From a candidate division FCPU426 bacterium (GTDB taxonomy: Bacteria > Oederibacteriota > Muellerivitia > Muellerivitales > Muellerivitaceae): 64,000 bases of DNA. The notes under the pieces were generated by a model, which did no database searches, had not been told where the DNA came from, and saw only the letters and a list, made by a program, of their open reading frames with translations. The stretch covers positions 1 to 64,000 of the forward strand of contig CAVTWJ010000019.1 of the NCBI GenBank assembly GCA_963738405.1, in the 5' to 3' direction. Both the position numbers and the translations under genes were made by a program. Shown here piece by piece: positions 40,529 to 50,145 of the stretch (within the stretch, counting starts at the first letter, position 1; every line of letters starts with the position of its first letter).

Positions 40529-43500
40529 TGGTTGACCCTAAGCTGAATCGTATGGTAGCAGTAATGAAGCGGCAGGCCGTCCCGATAGGCCTCGGCCATA
40601 AGATAAACCGTGCCGTTAATGCCTGAGACGTTCCAAGCGAAGGTAACCGGCGTCATCCCGCTGGCGGTGGGGGCGGACTGAAAAAGATGGGCGGGATTCA
40701 TGTCCAGCACCCCTTGGGCCGCGGGGGCGTTGTCCTGAACGAATTGCCAGTTGTTCGTTCCGCTGGTGCTCCATTTTAAGTTGATGTCCAAGGTCACCGA
40801 TTCGTTGTAGCCTCCGGCCACGGTCAGGGGCGATCCGTTATTGGGATACTCCTCGGTGTAATAATTGCCCGTGTTGGAAGTAATGCCCTGGTAGCGGAAC
40901 CAGGGGTTATTCGTGCTGTTTCCGTATTTATCCGTGACCGGCCCTGAAATGGTGACGTTGACGGTGTATCCGCTGGGCGGCGGATAGGGATACTGGTCGT
41001 TCGGGCTGTCGACATAGGTGCGGATCAGGGGAACCTGCGGAATATGGGCAGGTCCTGAATATAAACCGGCGTCCATATAATCCCTCAATGCCTCACTCAA
41101 GGAAATCTGGCCCAGCGAGGCGGCGTCGAAACTGCCTTGGGGCTGCAAACCGGAAAGATTAAAGAAACAGGTTTGCCCGTTATAGTTCATCTGGATGGTC
41201 CCAACCCCCTGCCAGTTGTAGCCATTGTTCGTGGAAGAATTGTCGTAGGCGTCCCGGAAAACGCCCCCGATTTGCGGGTCCGATAAACTCGTCCGAAGGC
41301 CGGAATAATAAGTATTGTTCCACTCGTCCGGAAGGCCGTTTTCAACGTTTAAATCGGCGCCAATGGCCCAGGGCCGGTTGGCGGAAACGCTGACGGGCAT
41401 GGGGTAATTGGTGATGTTATAAATTTTGGTTCCGAGGGTGGTGAGGGTGCAGGCCGCGTTAAAGCCTGTTCCTCCCGAAATATGGGCCATTCCCGCGTCA
41501 TAACCGCCCAAGATGCCGTTAAAGAGAGATCCCACCGCGTTGGACCCGACCGCGTGCTGGTAGGTTCTCCCGAAATCGTACCCGTTGGTGCTGTTGGCGC
41601 CGGAGGTCATGGTGATGCTTCCGGCGGGAACACGGTAAAAATTGCCCGAACCCGTGGGAAGGTTTCCGTTGCTGTTCCAATTGCCCCACCAATCATCCGG
41701 AAAAAGCTCCCCCCTCCAGGTTCGCGCGTACCAACGGGTAATGAGGGCCGTACCCCCGGCATTGTGGCGGGCGATATCCATCATCGCCGAATAGGTGGGA
41801 TGGGTTCCGGCCGCGGTAAAGGCGTGCGGGCCGTAGGTATCCGCTTGGTCACCGGTCTGGATTTCATCCACACACTTCAGGGTGTTATCCGTCGGGTTAT
41901 AGGGGGTATCGATGAGGGGGATTCCCGCGCTCCAGGGCTGGTAAGTGCTTCCAAATTCGCCTCCCTCGTCGGCGTGCCAAGCGGTCCATCCGTTCAAGTT
42001 GACGAAAATAGCCCCCTGGTTCAGCATCGCGGTACGGTAAAGATAATAGTAGCGGGGCATATCCCGGCAATCGTTGTAAGTGTCGTAACCGTTGTCGGTT
42101 TGTGAAAAACCCGAAAAGCCGTCGGTGGGGCTGGTATGCAGGTCTTTCCAGTGCCAATTGTAGCCGTCCGAGTCGATGGTCACGTTGGAGTCGGAAGTTC
42201 CCAAAACCGAGCTTCCAAATTTCACGTCCGCGTAGGGGCAGTCCCGGGGGTCGCCGTTGAACTGGTACCTTTCCGTCCAGGGGGTGATGCCGCTGGCGGC
42301 CGTTCCGATTTGGGAGGCGGCGCCTCCCCCGATCCAAACATAGGTGCGCGAAAGGTTTAAGCCCTGGTTGGCGGTTGATCCGGTTGTCAAATCGGTGCCG
42401 ATGCGGGTTTCCACGGCGTATTGGCCGTCCGGAATCCCGTTGACCATGATGATCCAACGGGCCGTGTTTTTGGGCCCCGGGGTGGTGCTGGTCAGGTCCG
42501 GGGTATAAAGAGTGCCCATGCCGGTGAAAGAGTTGACGGGGCAGGGAATATATTCGGCGCCGTATAGCCGGTTGGCGACGGGAAGCCCGCCATGGTCCAC
42601 CCCGCCGGCCAACCCGATTTCAGGGCACCTTAAGGGGGTGTTGAAAAAAGTGACGCAGGTTGAACTCGCGGTAGGGTTGCCCATGGCCCAGGACATTCCC
42701 ATACCGGCGGAATCCCCGGTCGATGGGGGCAAAGACTGTATTCCATAGGTGAAAGGAGTATTCTGAGTCTCCCCGCCATAAATGCAGGAAACGGAAAGAT
42801 TCCCCGAATTGATATTGAGGTTGGGGAAATACACCGTCATGGTCGTGGCGTTATTTTGGGTGACAGAACCGCCGCCGCCGCCGCAAGGGGGATAAGCCGT
42901 AACAGGGTATCCTCCCCCGCAGGGGTAATCCAATGTCGCCGGCGCCTCCAGACCGTCGTAATAAACGTAAGACCTCAAGGTCACACCCGCCCCGGAACGG
43001 TAGTGAATAAGGGTGGGGTGGGTGACCACCCTTTGGTTGATGTGGTTGGCCGGGTCCTTGGCGGCGTCCGAATAGTTGCGGATCGGCGGAATGGGAACCA
43101 CCTCGCCGTGCATGGAAACCACAATGGCGTTGTTGAAGGCGTTGGGGTTGGACGCCATTTGTTCCAAAAGCATCCGAAGGGTGATGGCGGGCGTGGACAC
43201 GTTATTGTTGCTCGCGGTCTGGGAAACGGCGGCGTAGTCGACCAGTTCATCGGGGTAGCGCACGTCGTTGTTCCAAGTATCGGAAAGGGTATGCCCATAG
43301 GGGTTGCTGTACCCCAGGTTGGTTCTCACGGCCCCGGCTTGGGCCAGCTCCCCGGGATCGAAAACCGAGGCGGGGCTGGCCGCCGCGCTGTAGTCGTTGT
43401 ATTGCACCGCCCCGGGATAAAAATAAATGTAGGGCATGGCGGTGGAATCGGCCCAGGAAGGCGCGGCGTTGCAATAGGGCGTGTAATAGGGGTCCCGTCC

Positions 43501-44184
43501 GAAGCCCGATTGGGTGATGTAATGGGTGCGAAATTGAAGCCCGGGGTTTCGGCCCTGGAGCTGGGCCGCGACGGTGCTCCAGGTTCCCTGCATCTGGGGA
43601 ACCAGGGTGAACCAGCCGATCATGTCGGAAATGGCGATCACGTAAACGTCGAAGACCTGGGTGGGCGAGCTAGGGGAGGAGATGGTTCTTAATATTCCGC
43701 CGATGGTCGCTAAAAGAGTATCGGGCTGGCCCGGGTTGGTGGAGCTGTTTCGGTAGACGCGGATAATGACCTGGCGGGCGTAGGGGTCGTTGGCGACGCG
43801 GTCCACTTCCACATTTCTCACATAATGCCAGTAACCGTTGGTGAGGCGGTTCGCGCTTAAGGCGTTCGCCGGGTCGGCGGACACGGAAACTCCCTGGTCG
43901 GTGCTTAAAAGGGTGTTGTAAAAAGTGGCCGGGTCGGCGTAATTATCCAAAACCTGCACGCTGTTTTCGTTGCCGTTCACGAGGGTGCGCATTTCCTCGA
44001 ACATCTGGATGGCTTTTTCCGTGGCATAGGCCTTGTCGCTGGCGATCACGGTTTGTTTGGCCATGAAGCTGCGCGCCATCATGACCGTGGAAGCCAAAAT
44101 CCCCATGATCCCCACGGCGATGATCAGTTCGATAAAGCTGTAGCCCCGCTGGCCGCCGGGAAGGAAATGGAATTTCATGGTCAT
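40525..44184 (-). CDS. Giant prepilin-type protein (1,219 aa)
   Basis: QRG|YSFIELIIAVGIMGIL prepilin motif with E5, followed by more than 1,000 aa of non-pilin sequence. Confidence 0.85.
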   Translation of the reverse strand: MTMKFHFLPGGQRGYSFIELIIAVGIMGILASTVMMARSFMAKQTVIASDKAYATEKAIQMFEEMRTLVNGNENSVQVLDNYADPATFYNTLLSTDQGVSVSADPANALSANRLTNGYWHYVRNVEVDRVANDPYARQVIIRVYRNSSTNPGQPDTLLATIGGILRTISSPSSPTQVFDVYVIAISDMIGWFTLVPQMQGTWSTVAAQLQGRNPGLQFRTHYITQSGFGRDPYYTPYCNAAPSWADSTAMPYIYFYPGAVQYNDYSAAASPASVFDPGELAQAGAVRTNLGYSNPYGHTLSDTWNNDVRYPDELVDYAAVSQTASNNNVSTPAITLRMLLEQMASNPNAFNNAIVVSMHGEVVPIPPIRNYSDAAKDPANHINQRVVTHPTLIHYRSGAGVTLRSYVYYDGLEAPATLDYPCGGGYPVTAYPPCGGGGGSVTQNNATTMTVYFPNLNINSGNLSVSCIYGGETQNTPFTYGIQSLPPSTGDSAGMGMSWAMGNPTASSTCVTFFNTPLRCPEIGLAGGVDHGGLPVANRLYGAEYIPCPVNSFTGMGTLYTPDLTSTTPGPKNTARWIIMVNGIPDGQYAVETRIGTDLTTGSTANQGLNLSRTYVWIGGGAASQIGTAASGITPWTERYQFNGDPRDCPYADVKFGSSVLGTSDSNVTIDSDGYNWHWKDLHTSPTDGFSGFSQTDNGYDTYNDCRDMPRYYYLYRTAMLNQGAIFVNLNGWTAWHADEGGEFGSTYQPWSAGIPLIDTPYNPTDNTLKCVDEIQTGDQADTYGPHAFTAAGTHPTYSAMMDIARHNAGGTALITRWYARTWRGELFPDDWWGNWNSNGNLPTGSGNFYRVPAGSITMTSGANSTNGYDFGRTYQHAVGSNAVGSLFNGILGGYDAGMAHISGGTGFNAACTLTTLGTKIYNITNYPMPVSVSANRPWAIGADLNVENGLPDEWNNTYYSGLRTSLSDPQIGGVFRDAYDNSSTNNGYNWQGVGTIQMNYNGQTCFFNLSGLQPQGSFDAASLGQISLSEALRDYMDAGLYSGPAHIPQVPLIRTYVDSPNDQYPYPPPSGYTVNVTISGPVTDKYGNSTNNPWFRYQGITSNTGNYYTEEYPNNGSPLTVAGGYNESVTLDINLKWSTSGTNNWQFVQDNAPAAQGVLDMNPAHLFQSAPTASGMTPVTFAWNVSGINGTVYLMAEAYRDGLPLHYCYHTIQLRVNQ

Positions 44185-44189
44185 CAGCC

Positions 44190-46094
44190 TTACAAGTTGG
44201 GAACGGCCAGGAGGCTCTTTCGCTCGCTGGTGTCTTCCCGGTATTGGGCCACCTGCTGGAGGGCATACTGCACCAGGCTCGGCACGTAATTGATCCTTCC
44301 AAAATTGCCCGCCGCGCCGTTAAGCGTCAGGACGCCCGGCGACCCGTTGGCATAGGGGCTTCCCATGATGACGGAGCCGTCCAGTTCACAACCGGCGTTG
44401 ATGGTTAGGTTTCCAGTGACGAATACAATGCCGCCGTATTGGCTGGACGCGATTTGGCCCGATCCGCTCCCCGTTCCCGTGTCCAGGGTCAAATCGCCGT
44501 TCACCACCAATATGCCGAAACCCTGAAGGGACTGGTAGGGGGCCGCGTTGGCCGGGTCGTAGGTCAGGTTGCCGTTGTAATAAGAAAGTTTCCACCAGCT
44601 GGAAATATTCATGGTGGCCCCCGCCGAGGGGTCTCCCACGTAATCGGCGATGCTTTCAACCTCATTGAGGGCCATGCCGAAAATATAAGTGGCGTTCAAG
44701 AGGGAAACGGGCAGCCCCATGCAAATTTCACCCCCCTGGAGATTGACGCCGGAAATCGCCCCAACCGGGGTGGAACAAACCTCAGGAGTGGCTGTGGGGG
44801 TTCCCGGAGGGGGGGTGGCCGTGGGGGGAACGCAGTCCGAAAAAGGCTCGTTGGCCGTCAGGGTTCCGTTGTGCAAACCGCAGTCCAAGCTTGTGACCGT
44901 GCCGTCAGGTCCGGCCGAGTGGTTGATGATCAGAATGATGTTCGACGTTGTAAATAAGCCGGAAGTGTCGGGAACGGTAATGTTTGCGACGATGGTTTGG
45001 GAGGCCCCATTGACGGCTGTTCCCATAGTGCCATTGGGCGGATTATTGCCGCATGAGAAGGAAAAAGGCACATACCAGATTTCACCCGAAAGGGCGGTTT
45101 GGTTGGAAAACCCGATAGCGTAACTGATCGGTCCTGATTGCGCTTCCTCCACCACAATGGTGATGGGGATGGTGTCTCCGATGCATCCAGTACCGGCCGC
45201 GTTGCCGTTGAAGCTGATAAGGCTAAAGGGCTGGGGTGTCGCGGTGACAGTGGGGGTTTGGGTGGGGGTAGGGGTAAAGGTGTTGGTATTTGCCGGAAGG
45301 GGAGTATAGGTTTTGGTGGGAGTATAGGTTTTGGTGAAGGTATTGGTGATGGTGGGAGTATAGGTAGGGGAAGGAGTGGCCGTTTTGGTATAGGTTCGGG
45401 TAAAGGTCGGTGTGTATGAGTTAATGGCGTTTTGGGTGGCGGTGGATTTGGCGTTGGCGGTAGCGGTGGCCTGAGCTTGGTAGGTGGCCGTGGGAATGGC
45501 CGTGGCCGTACTGGCATAGGTTTGAGTGGCATTAGGGGTATAAGTAAATGTGGGGGTTATGGTAAATGTGGGGGTGGGAGAGCAATTTAATGACGAACTT
45601 AACGCGGTTGCGGTTCTAAGGCCGCTACTGGGGTTGGTGCTGCCCGCTTCGACAGCCACATATTCATAAGGCCCGCCAGCCGGAACGGTCACATTTTGGT
45701 TTACCGAGGTGATGGCGCCGGGGGCGGTAATTAAACCGCAATTAGTGGTGGGGTTTCCACAAACCCAAGTGATCTGCGCGGCGGTAAAAGGGCTGGTGTT
45801 CGTGAAACCAATGGCGTAATTATAGTTGGAGCCCGAACTGGCAACCGTGATCGTCACCGAAATGTTTGATCCCGGTTGCACGCACCCGGTAGCGGGGTTC
45901 GTCGTAACACTATTGATGCCATAAGCATGGGCTCGGGAAGCCGTTAAAGCCAAAAGAAGCAGGATTGCGGCCGTTCCCTTGAGGAAGGTCCGGGAGGCCT
46001 GAGAAATAAGACGGCAACCCCAAAGGAAAGCGGGATTTTTAAAAACCGCCGGGATCGATTCTTTTTTGGGCTGCCGCTTGCGGTTCATGATCAA
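44190..46094 (-). CDS. Secreted PT-rich protein ending in a PilX-associated beta-helix-like domain
   Basis: Signal-like AILLLLALTASRAHA; two Ig-like domains; TPT repeats; C-terminal GFGILVVNGDLTL...GGIVFVTGNLTI...DGSVIMG. Confidence 0.7.
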   Translation of the reverse strand: MIMNRKRQPKKESIPAVFKNPAFLWGCRLISQASRTFLKGTAAILLLLALTASRAHAYGINSVTTNPATGCVQPGSNISVTITVASSGSNYNYAIGFTNTSPFTAAQITWVCGNPTTNCGLITAPGAITSVNQNVTVPAGGPYEYVAVEAGSTNPSSGLRTATALSSSLNCSPTPTFTITPTFTYTPNATQTYASTATAIPTATYQAQATATANAKSTATQNAINSYTPTFTRTYTKTATPSPTYTPTITNTFTKTYTPTKTYTPLPANTNTFTPTPTQTPTVTATPQPFSLISFNGNAAGTGCIGDTIPITIVVEEAQSGPISYAIGFSNQTALSGEIWYVPFSFSCGNNPPNGTMGTAVNGASQTIVANITVPDTSGLFTTSNIILIINHSAGPDGTVTSLDCGLHNGTLTANEPFSDCVPPTATPPPGTPTATPEVCSTPVGAISGVNLQGGEICMGLPVSLLNATYIFGMALNEVESIADYVGDPSAGATMNISSWWKLSYYNGNLTYDPANAAPYQSLQGFGILVVNGDLTLDTGTGSGSGQIASSQYGGIVFVTGNLTINAGCELDGSVIMGSPYANGSPGVLTLNGAAGNFGRINYVPSLVQYALQQVAQYREDTSERKSLLAVPNL

Positions 46095-46103
46095 GGTTCC
46101 TCG

Positions 46104-47078
46104 TTACTGGGCTTTCATCGCCACGACGCCGTAGGTTCCGACTTGGGAGACGGCTCCATATAACAAACTATTGCTGGTTGAAAAATGAACTTGGGAAGTG
46201 GCCGCGCAATAAACCCCGCCTGTGTCATAGGCCCCGTCATATCCGATCGTTGTTGGCAGGTTAAAGGTCAGCTTGCGGTATTCGGAAGACAGGCGCGCGG
46301 TGGCGACCACCTTGTTGGGAGCGGTTTTGTAGGAGACATTCCAATAGGGGAAGGTTCCAGTCTTGTCCATGCGTTTGTAAACATAACCCGTGCTGACGAT
46401 GGACCAAACCAAGCCGTCTCCATTGACGAACCCGGCCGAAGTGCGGCTCCCGGTGACATCATGAACCGCGTTATTATCGTAAGTGGCCTGCGGGGTGACG
46501 GTGGCATAAAGCGACGGCACCCTGCGGACTTCGTAATGGCCGAAATAAGTGGCCAGCGCTGGATCATCATTGTCGATGGGATAATCGTTCACGATGCCTG
46601 TTGTTGAATCAAGGGTATCGGAAGCCTGCGCGTTAACGGTGTTGTTTTGGGGATCGAAAGCTTGGTCGACGTAGCTATAGGCGACACCCGCGAAATTGGT
46701 TGTCCAAGAAACCGGCTGGCCCTCCAAGTAACCTTTCGCATAGGCCCGAACAAACCCCGCCGATTGGTTCCGGCGGACGAAAAACCCGAGGGCATCGGTA
46801 AGCCCTGCGCGGGCGACATTTTCCGCTTCCCCTACATAGAGTTCCCGTTGTTTTGCGTCCATGGAAGCCGAAGAAACCAGCTTCATTCCTACGGTGATTA
46901 ATGTGGTGGCAATAACCATGAAAATCGCCGCCATAACCAGCGCCGAACCCTTTTGGTCGTTCAATTTCAATTGGGGGAAAGAGCGGGACAAGACATGCCG
47001 AAGACTTGAAAACCTAAGAGTTTTCCAAAATTCTTTTAGCCGAGAAGATGTTAGGTTTTTTGATTCCCGAAATAACAT
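46104..47078 (-). CDS. PilX/GspK-like minor pilin, N-terminal portion
   Basis: QKG|SALVMAAIFMVIATTL (no E5, typical of PilX/GspK), then AENVARAGL. Start placed at MLFRESK after a GGGAG RBS. Confidence 0.75.
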   Translation of the reverse strand: MLFRESKNLTSSRLKEFWKTLRFSSLRHVLSRSFPQLKLNDQKGSALVMAAIFMVIATTLITVGMKLVSSASMDAKQRELYVGEAENVARAGLTDALGFFVRRNQSAGFVRAYAKGYLEGQPVSWTTNFAGVAYSYVDQAFDPQNNTVNAQASDTLDSTTGIVNDYPIDNDDPALATYFGHYEVRRVPSLYATVTPQATYDNNAVHDVTGSRTSAGFVNGDGLVWSIVSTGYVYKRMDKTGTFPYWNVSYKTAPNKVVATARLSSEYRKLTFNLPTTIGYDGAYDTGGVYCAATSQVHFSTSNSLLYGAVSQVGTYGVVAMKAQ

Positions 47079-47393
47079 AAAAAGCCGCTCCCACTTGATG
47101 ATGTCAAATTTCTTTAATTTTACAGTATTTTTTGCGGAAAAAGGGAGGAGCGGCAACTCCAGAGAAGCCCTTGATATCTTTACATTCTTGGGCAAAATCA
47201 TTATCCCTCTATTGAAATTGAGTGTCAATTAACGTTCAACTAATTCTTTGTTAAACGCTTTTCACCCAACCCCACCCCTGGGGCTGAATCCTACCCGAGG
47301 GGGTATGACTAGATAAAAAGCCCTCTTGTTCGTTTTTTTAGGTCCTCGCCTTCTAGCTCTGCGAGTTGGGTTCTTCGGGGCTCCAAATATTCC

Positions 47394-47410
47394 TGCATTT
47401 TGCGTACCAA
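47394..47410 (-). promoter_or_regulatory. Candidate sigma-54 promoter for the pilin-like operon
   Basis: Minus strand TTGGTACGCAAAATGCA has GG-N10-GC spacing and is close to consensus TGGCACG-N4-TTGCA. Confidence 0.55.
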
Positions 47411-47457
47411 CGGACGGAATTAAAGTTCCTGTTTCCAATGGTATATTCAATCAAACG

Positions 47458-48294
47458 TTAGAGTGAAAAATCGCCCAATAAAAAAGTATGGTCCGAGGGT
47501 TTTTCCAAGCCTCGGGGTTTGGTATCGATCCAAATTTTTTCCAGTTTTTCCGCGACCGGCTGGGTGCCCATGAGAAAGTCGATTCTCCACCCCAAGTTTC
47601 TTTCAAAGCCCCCAGGCTGGCGCATATCCCAAAAGGTATAGTGCCCGCCTTCCTTGACCTTCTCGCGAAAAAGATCCTTCCATTGGGAACCCATGGTTTC
47701 TTCCAGGGCCTTTCGCGCGTCGATATGGAAACAGGGATGTTCTTTGTTGCCCTTCGGGTTGTTAAGGTCGATCTCGGTCGGAGCCACATTGAGATCGCCC
47801 ATCCAGATGGCGGGGGTTTGCGGACCAATTTGACGGTCGAAATAGGCGCGCAGGTCCTTAAAAAATTTAAGCTTGTACTGGTATTTTTCCGAATCGATGG
47901 CGTAGCCCTGGGGGATATAGGTGTTGATCAGTCGCACGCCTTCGTAGGTACCCGCGAGAAACCGCGCTTGTTCCTCCGCGTCCTTGGGGTAGAGCCTTTT
48001 TTCGATGTTCGTCAGGGGCTTCTTGGAGATAAAGGCCACGCCGTTGTAGCTTTTCTGTCCGTGGAAGACCACCTGCCACCCCGCCGCTTCGATCGGCTCG
48101 CGGGGAAATTCGATGTCCTGCACCTTGGTTTCTTGAATGGCCAAAACATCCGGCTGGTTTTTCTTGAGCCAATCCAAAAGGATGCCCATTCGCACTCGGA
48201 TGGAGTTGGCGTTGAAAGTGGCGATACGAAGAGTCTTTTCTTTGTTAGTAGAGTTTTTAGCTGGGGACGTTTTTTTCTTTTTCGTTACTGGCAT
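47458..48294 (-). CDS. xth: Exodeoxyribonuclease III
   Basis: ATFNANSIR, LAIQETK, GQKSYNGVA, GDLNVAP, GWRIDF and PSDH motifs. Confidence 0.95.
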   Translation of the reverse strand: MPVTKKKKTSPAKNSTNKEKTLRIATFNANSIRVRMGILLDWLKKNQPDVLAIQETKVQDIEFPREPIEAAGWQVVFHGQKSYNGVAFISKKPLTNIEKRLYPKDAEEQARFLAGTYEGVRLINTYIPQGYAIDSEKYQYKLKFFKDLRAYFDRQIGPQTPAIWMGDLNVAPTEIDLNNPKGNKEHPCFHIDARKALEETMGSQWKDLFREKVKEGGHYTFWDMRQPGGFERNLGWRIDFLMGTQPVAEKLEKIWIDTKPRGLEKPSDHTFLLGDFSL

Positions 48295-48356
48295 TGGTAT
48301 CTCCTTTAAGAAAATAGAGGCGCATTTGATTTTCTGAACACCCGGTTATTGATCGA

Positions 48357-48659
48357 CTAAAAGATATAGTCCACTGACGCCCTTTCAGAGGTAACTTCTT
48401 TCACGTAAGCGACGACTTTTTGATGCTCAGGATGCTTTTGATAATGGTCCAACCCTTGGACATCCTTAAATACTGAATCCAGACAGACCTCATAAGACGG
48501 TGCGGGATTTCGAAAATCGAACCCCACTTTCAAATCCACAATATCCGGGATCATCGCCTTCAAGGCTTCCAGCCTCTGTTTTAATTCTTGAGCCCTTTCC
48601 GATTTGGAAGAACCGCCGTTTATTTCTTTCAACTTCCATAAAACGATATGCTTGAGCAT
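48357..48659 (-). CDS. Dabb (stress-responsive A/B barrel) family protein
   Basis: MLKHIVLWK, YQKHPEHQKV and SVDY motifs. Confidence 0.88.
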   Translation of the reverse strand: MLKHIVLWKLKEINGGSSKSERAQELKQRLEALKAMIPDIVDLKVGFDFRNPAPSYEVCLDSVFKDVQGLDHYQKHPEHQKVVAYVKEVTSERASVDYIF

Positions 48660-48866
48660 ATAAACCGCCTAGTGACGAAGTGGAAGCATGTTAACTGCAA
48701 ACTTTGCCGAATCTCCAGATGGCCCCTATTGAAAGGGGTCTGTTTTGCCTGTTCCAAGGGGATTTTTTAGCCTTTAAAGTCGCCTGGAAAAAGGCTAATT
48801 TATGAGGCCACACAAGGAACCATTTCCAAAGACGTTTTGTAGCAACCTAAAAAAAAGGACGAATTC

Positions 48867-49673
48867 ATGGGATTGTTAAAGGGGAAGAAAGCGATCATTT
48901 TTGGGGTGGCCAATGACCGGTCCATCGCCTGGGGCATTGCCCAGGCTTTTCACGAGCAAGGCGCCGAATTGGGTTTTAATTTCCTTGGGGAAGCACTAGA
49001 AAAGCGCGTACGACCCCTGGCCGAGTCGGTCAACGCCAAGCTGATTCTTCCCTGCGACGTCTCCAAAGACGATCAAATCGCCGCCTTCTATAAAGAAGTG
49101 GAGAAGGCCTGGGGAAAGTTTGACATCCTCGTGCATTGCATCGCCTTCGCCAATAAAGATGAGCTGGCGGGCGGCATTTCAAACACCTCCCGAGCCGGCT
49201 TCCAGCTGGCTTTGGATATCTCGGCCTACAGCCTGATCGCCATTACCCGCCCCGCCCTTCCCCTTCTGAATGACGGCGGAAGCATCATCACCCTGACCTA
49301 TTACGGGTCGGAGAAGGTGATTCCCAATTACAACGTCATGGGAGTGGCCAAGGCCGCCCTGGAATGCTCCGTGCGCTATCTGGCCGCCGATTTGGGATCA
49401 CGGAACATCCGGGTGAACGCCATTTCCGCCGGGCCCATCAAGACCCTGGCCGCCTCCGGCGTGGGGGGATTCAAGACGATGCTCAAGACCTCCGAGGGTA
49501 TGAACCCGTTGAAGCGCAATGTCTCGCAGGAAGAGGTGGGAAAAACCGCCGCTTATCTGGCCAGCGACTGGGCGTCGGGCGTTACGGGCGAGGTGATTTA
49601 CGTGGACGCGGGAGCCAATATTATCGGCATGCATTTTGACGAGAAAAAAGAGGAAGGCCCCGCCGCCAAGTAA
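48867..49673 (+). CDS. fabI: Enoyl-ACP reductase
   Basis: GVANDRSIAWGIA, YNVMGVAKAALE and NAISAGPIKTLAA motifs. Confidence 0.96.
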   Translation: MGLLKGKKAIIFGVANDRSIAWGIAQAFHEQGAELGFNFLGEALEKRVRPLAESVNAKLILPCDVSKDDQIAAFYKEVEKAWGKFDILVHCIAFANKDELAGGISNTSRAGFQLALDISAYSLIAITRPALPLLNDGGSIITLTYYGSEKVIPNYNVMGVAKAALECSVRYLAADLGSRNIRVNAISAGPIKTLAASGVGGFKTMLKTSEGMNPLKRNVSQEEVGKTAAYLASDWASGVTGEVIYVDAGANIIGMHFDEKKEEGPAAK

Positions 49674-49690
49674 TCCGTAAAGTCTCAACC

Positions 49691-49724
49691 AAAAGGGAAC
49701 GCCTTATCGGGCTTCCCTTTTTTT
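49691..49724. terminator. Terminator between fabI and the convergent gene
   Basis: aaaagggaa...ttcccttttttt hairpin. Confidence 0.7.
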
Positions 49725-49726
49725 AT

Positions 49727-50104
49727 TTAGGCCGCCCCCAAACGGGGTTCGTTCATGAGGCAAAAACTTTTCTCCTCAACCCTCTGGGATGGCAAATTCT
49801 GGATCTTCACCGATAAAGAAACGGTGTCCCGGGAGGGACTTTTCTCCGCCGCAAAAAACATTTGAGCCCGGCAGCGCCTGGCCCATTCGGTATGGGCGGT
49901 GCGGATCCAGAATTCCAAAACCACTTCCTCCCCGTTTTCGGCCTGAAAACGGAACCGGTGAAATGACATGAAATCCAGCGACCGGTTCAAGCCGAGCGCG
50001 AAACCCTGAAGTTCCGCCGCGTGCAGGGGCCAACGGCCTTTCTCCAATCTAAAAATTCCCGTCAGGCTCAGGATGTCGTTTAAAGAGGCTTGAGGATTGT
50101 TCAT
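49727..50104 (-). CDS. Hypothetical protein downstream of radC
   Basis: AGGAG RBS before MNNPQ; same strand as radC and 42 bp from it. Confidence 0.55.
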   Translation of the reverse strand: MNNPQASLNDILSLTGIFRLEKGRWPLHAAELQGFALGLNRSLDFMSFHRFRFQAENGEEVVLEFWIRTAHTEWARRCRAQMFFAAEKSPSRDTVSLSVKIQNLPSQRVEEKSFCLMNEPRLGAA

Positions 50105-50145
50105 GTCTTCTCCTTTAAAAAATAATGGGGATTCAAAAAAAGGGC

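Noticed and set aside
47260..47390. c-di-GMP-I riboswitch in the pilin operon leader
   Set aside because: Could not find the GNRA-capped P2 and GCAAA/receptor consensus in the right order.
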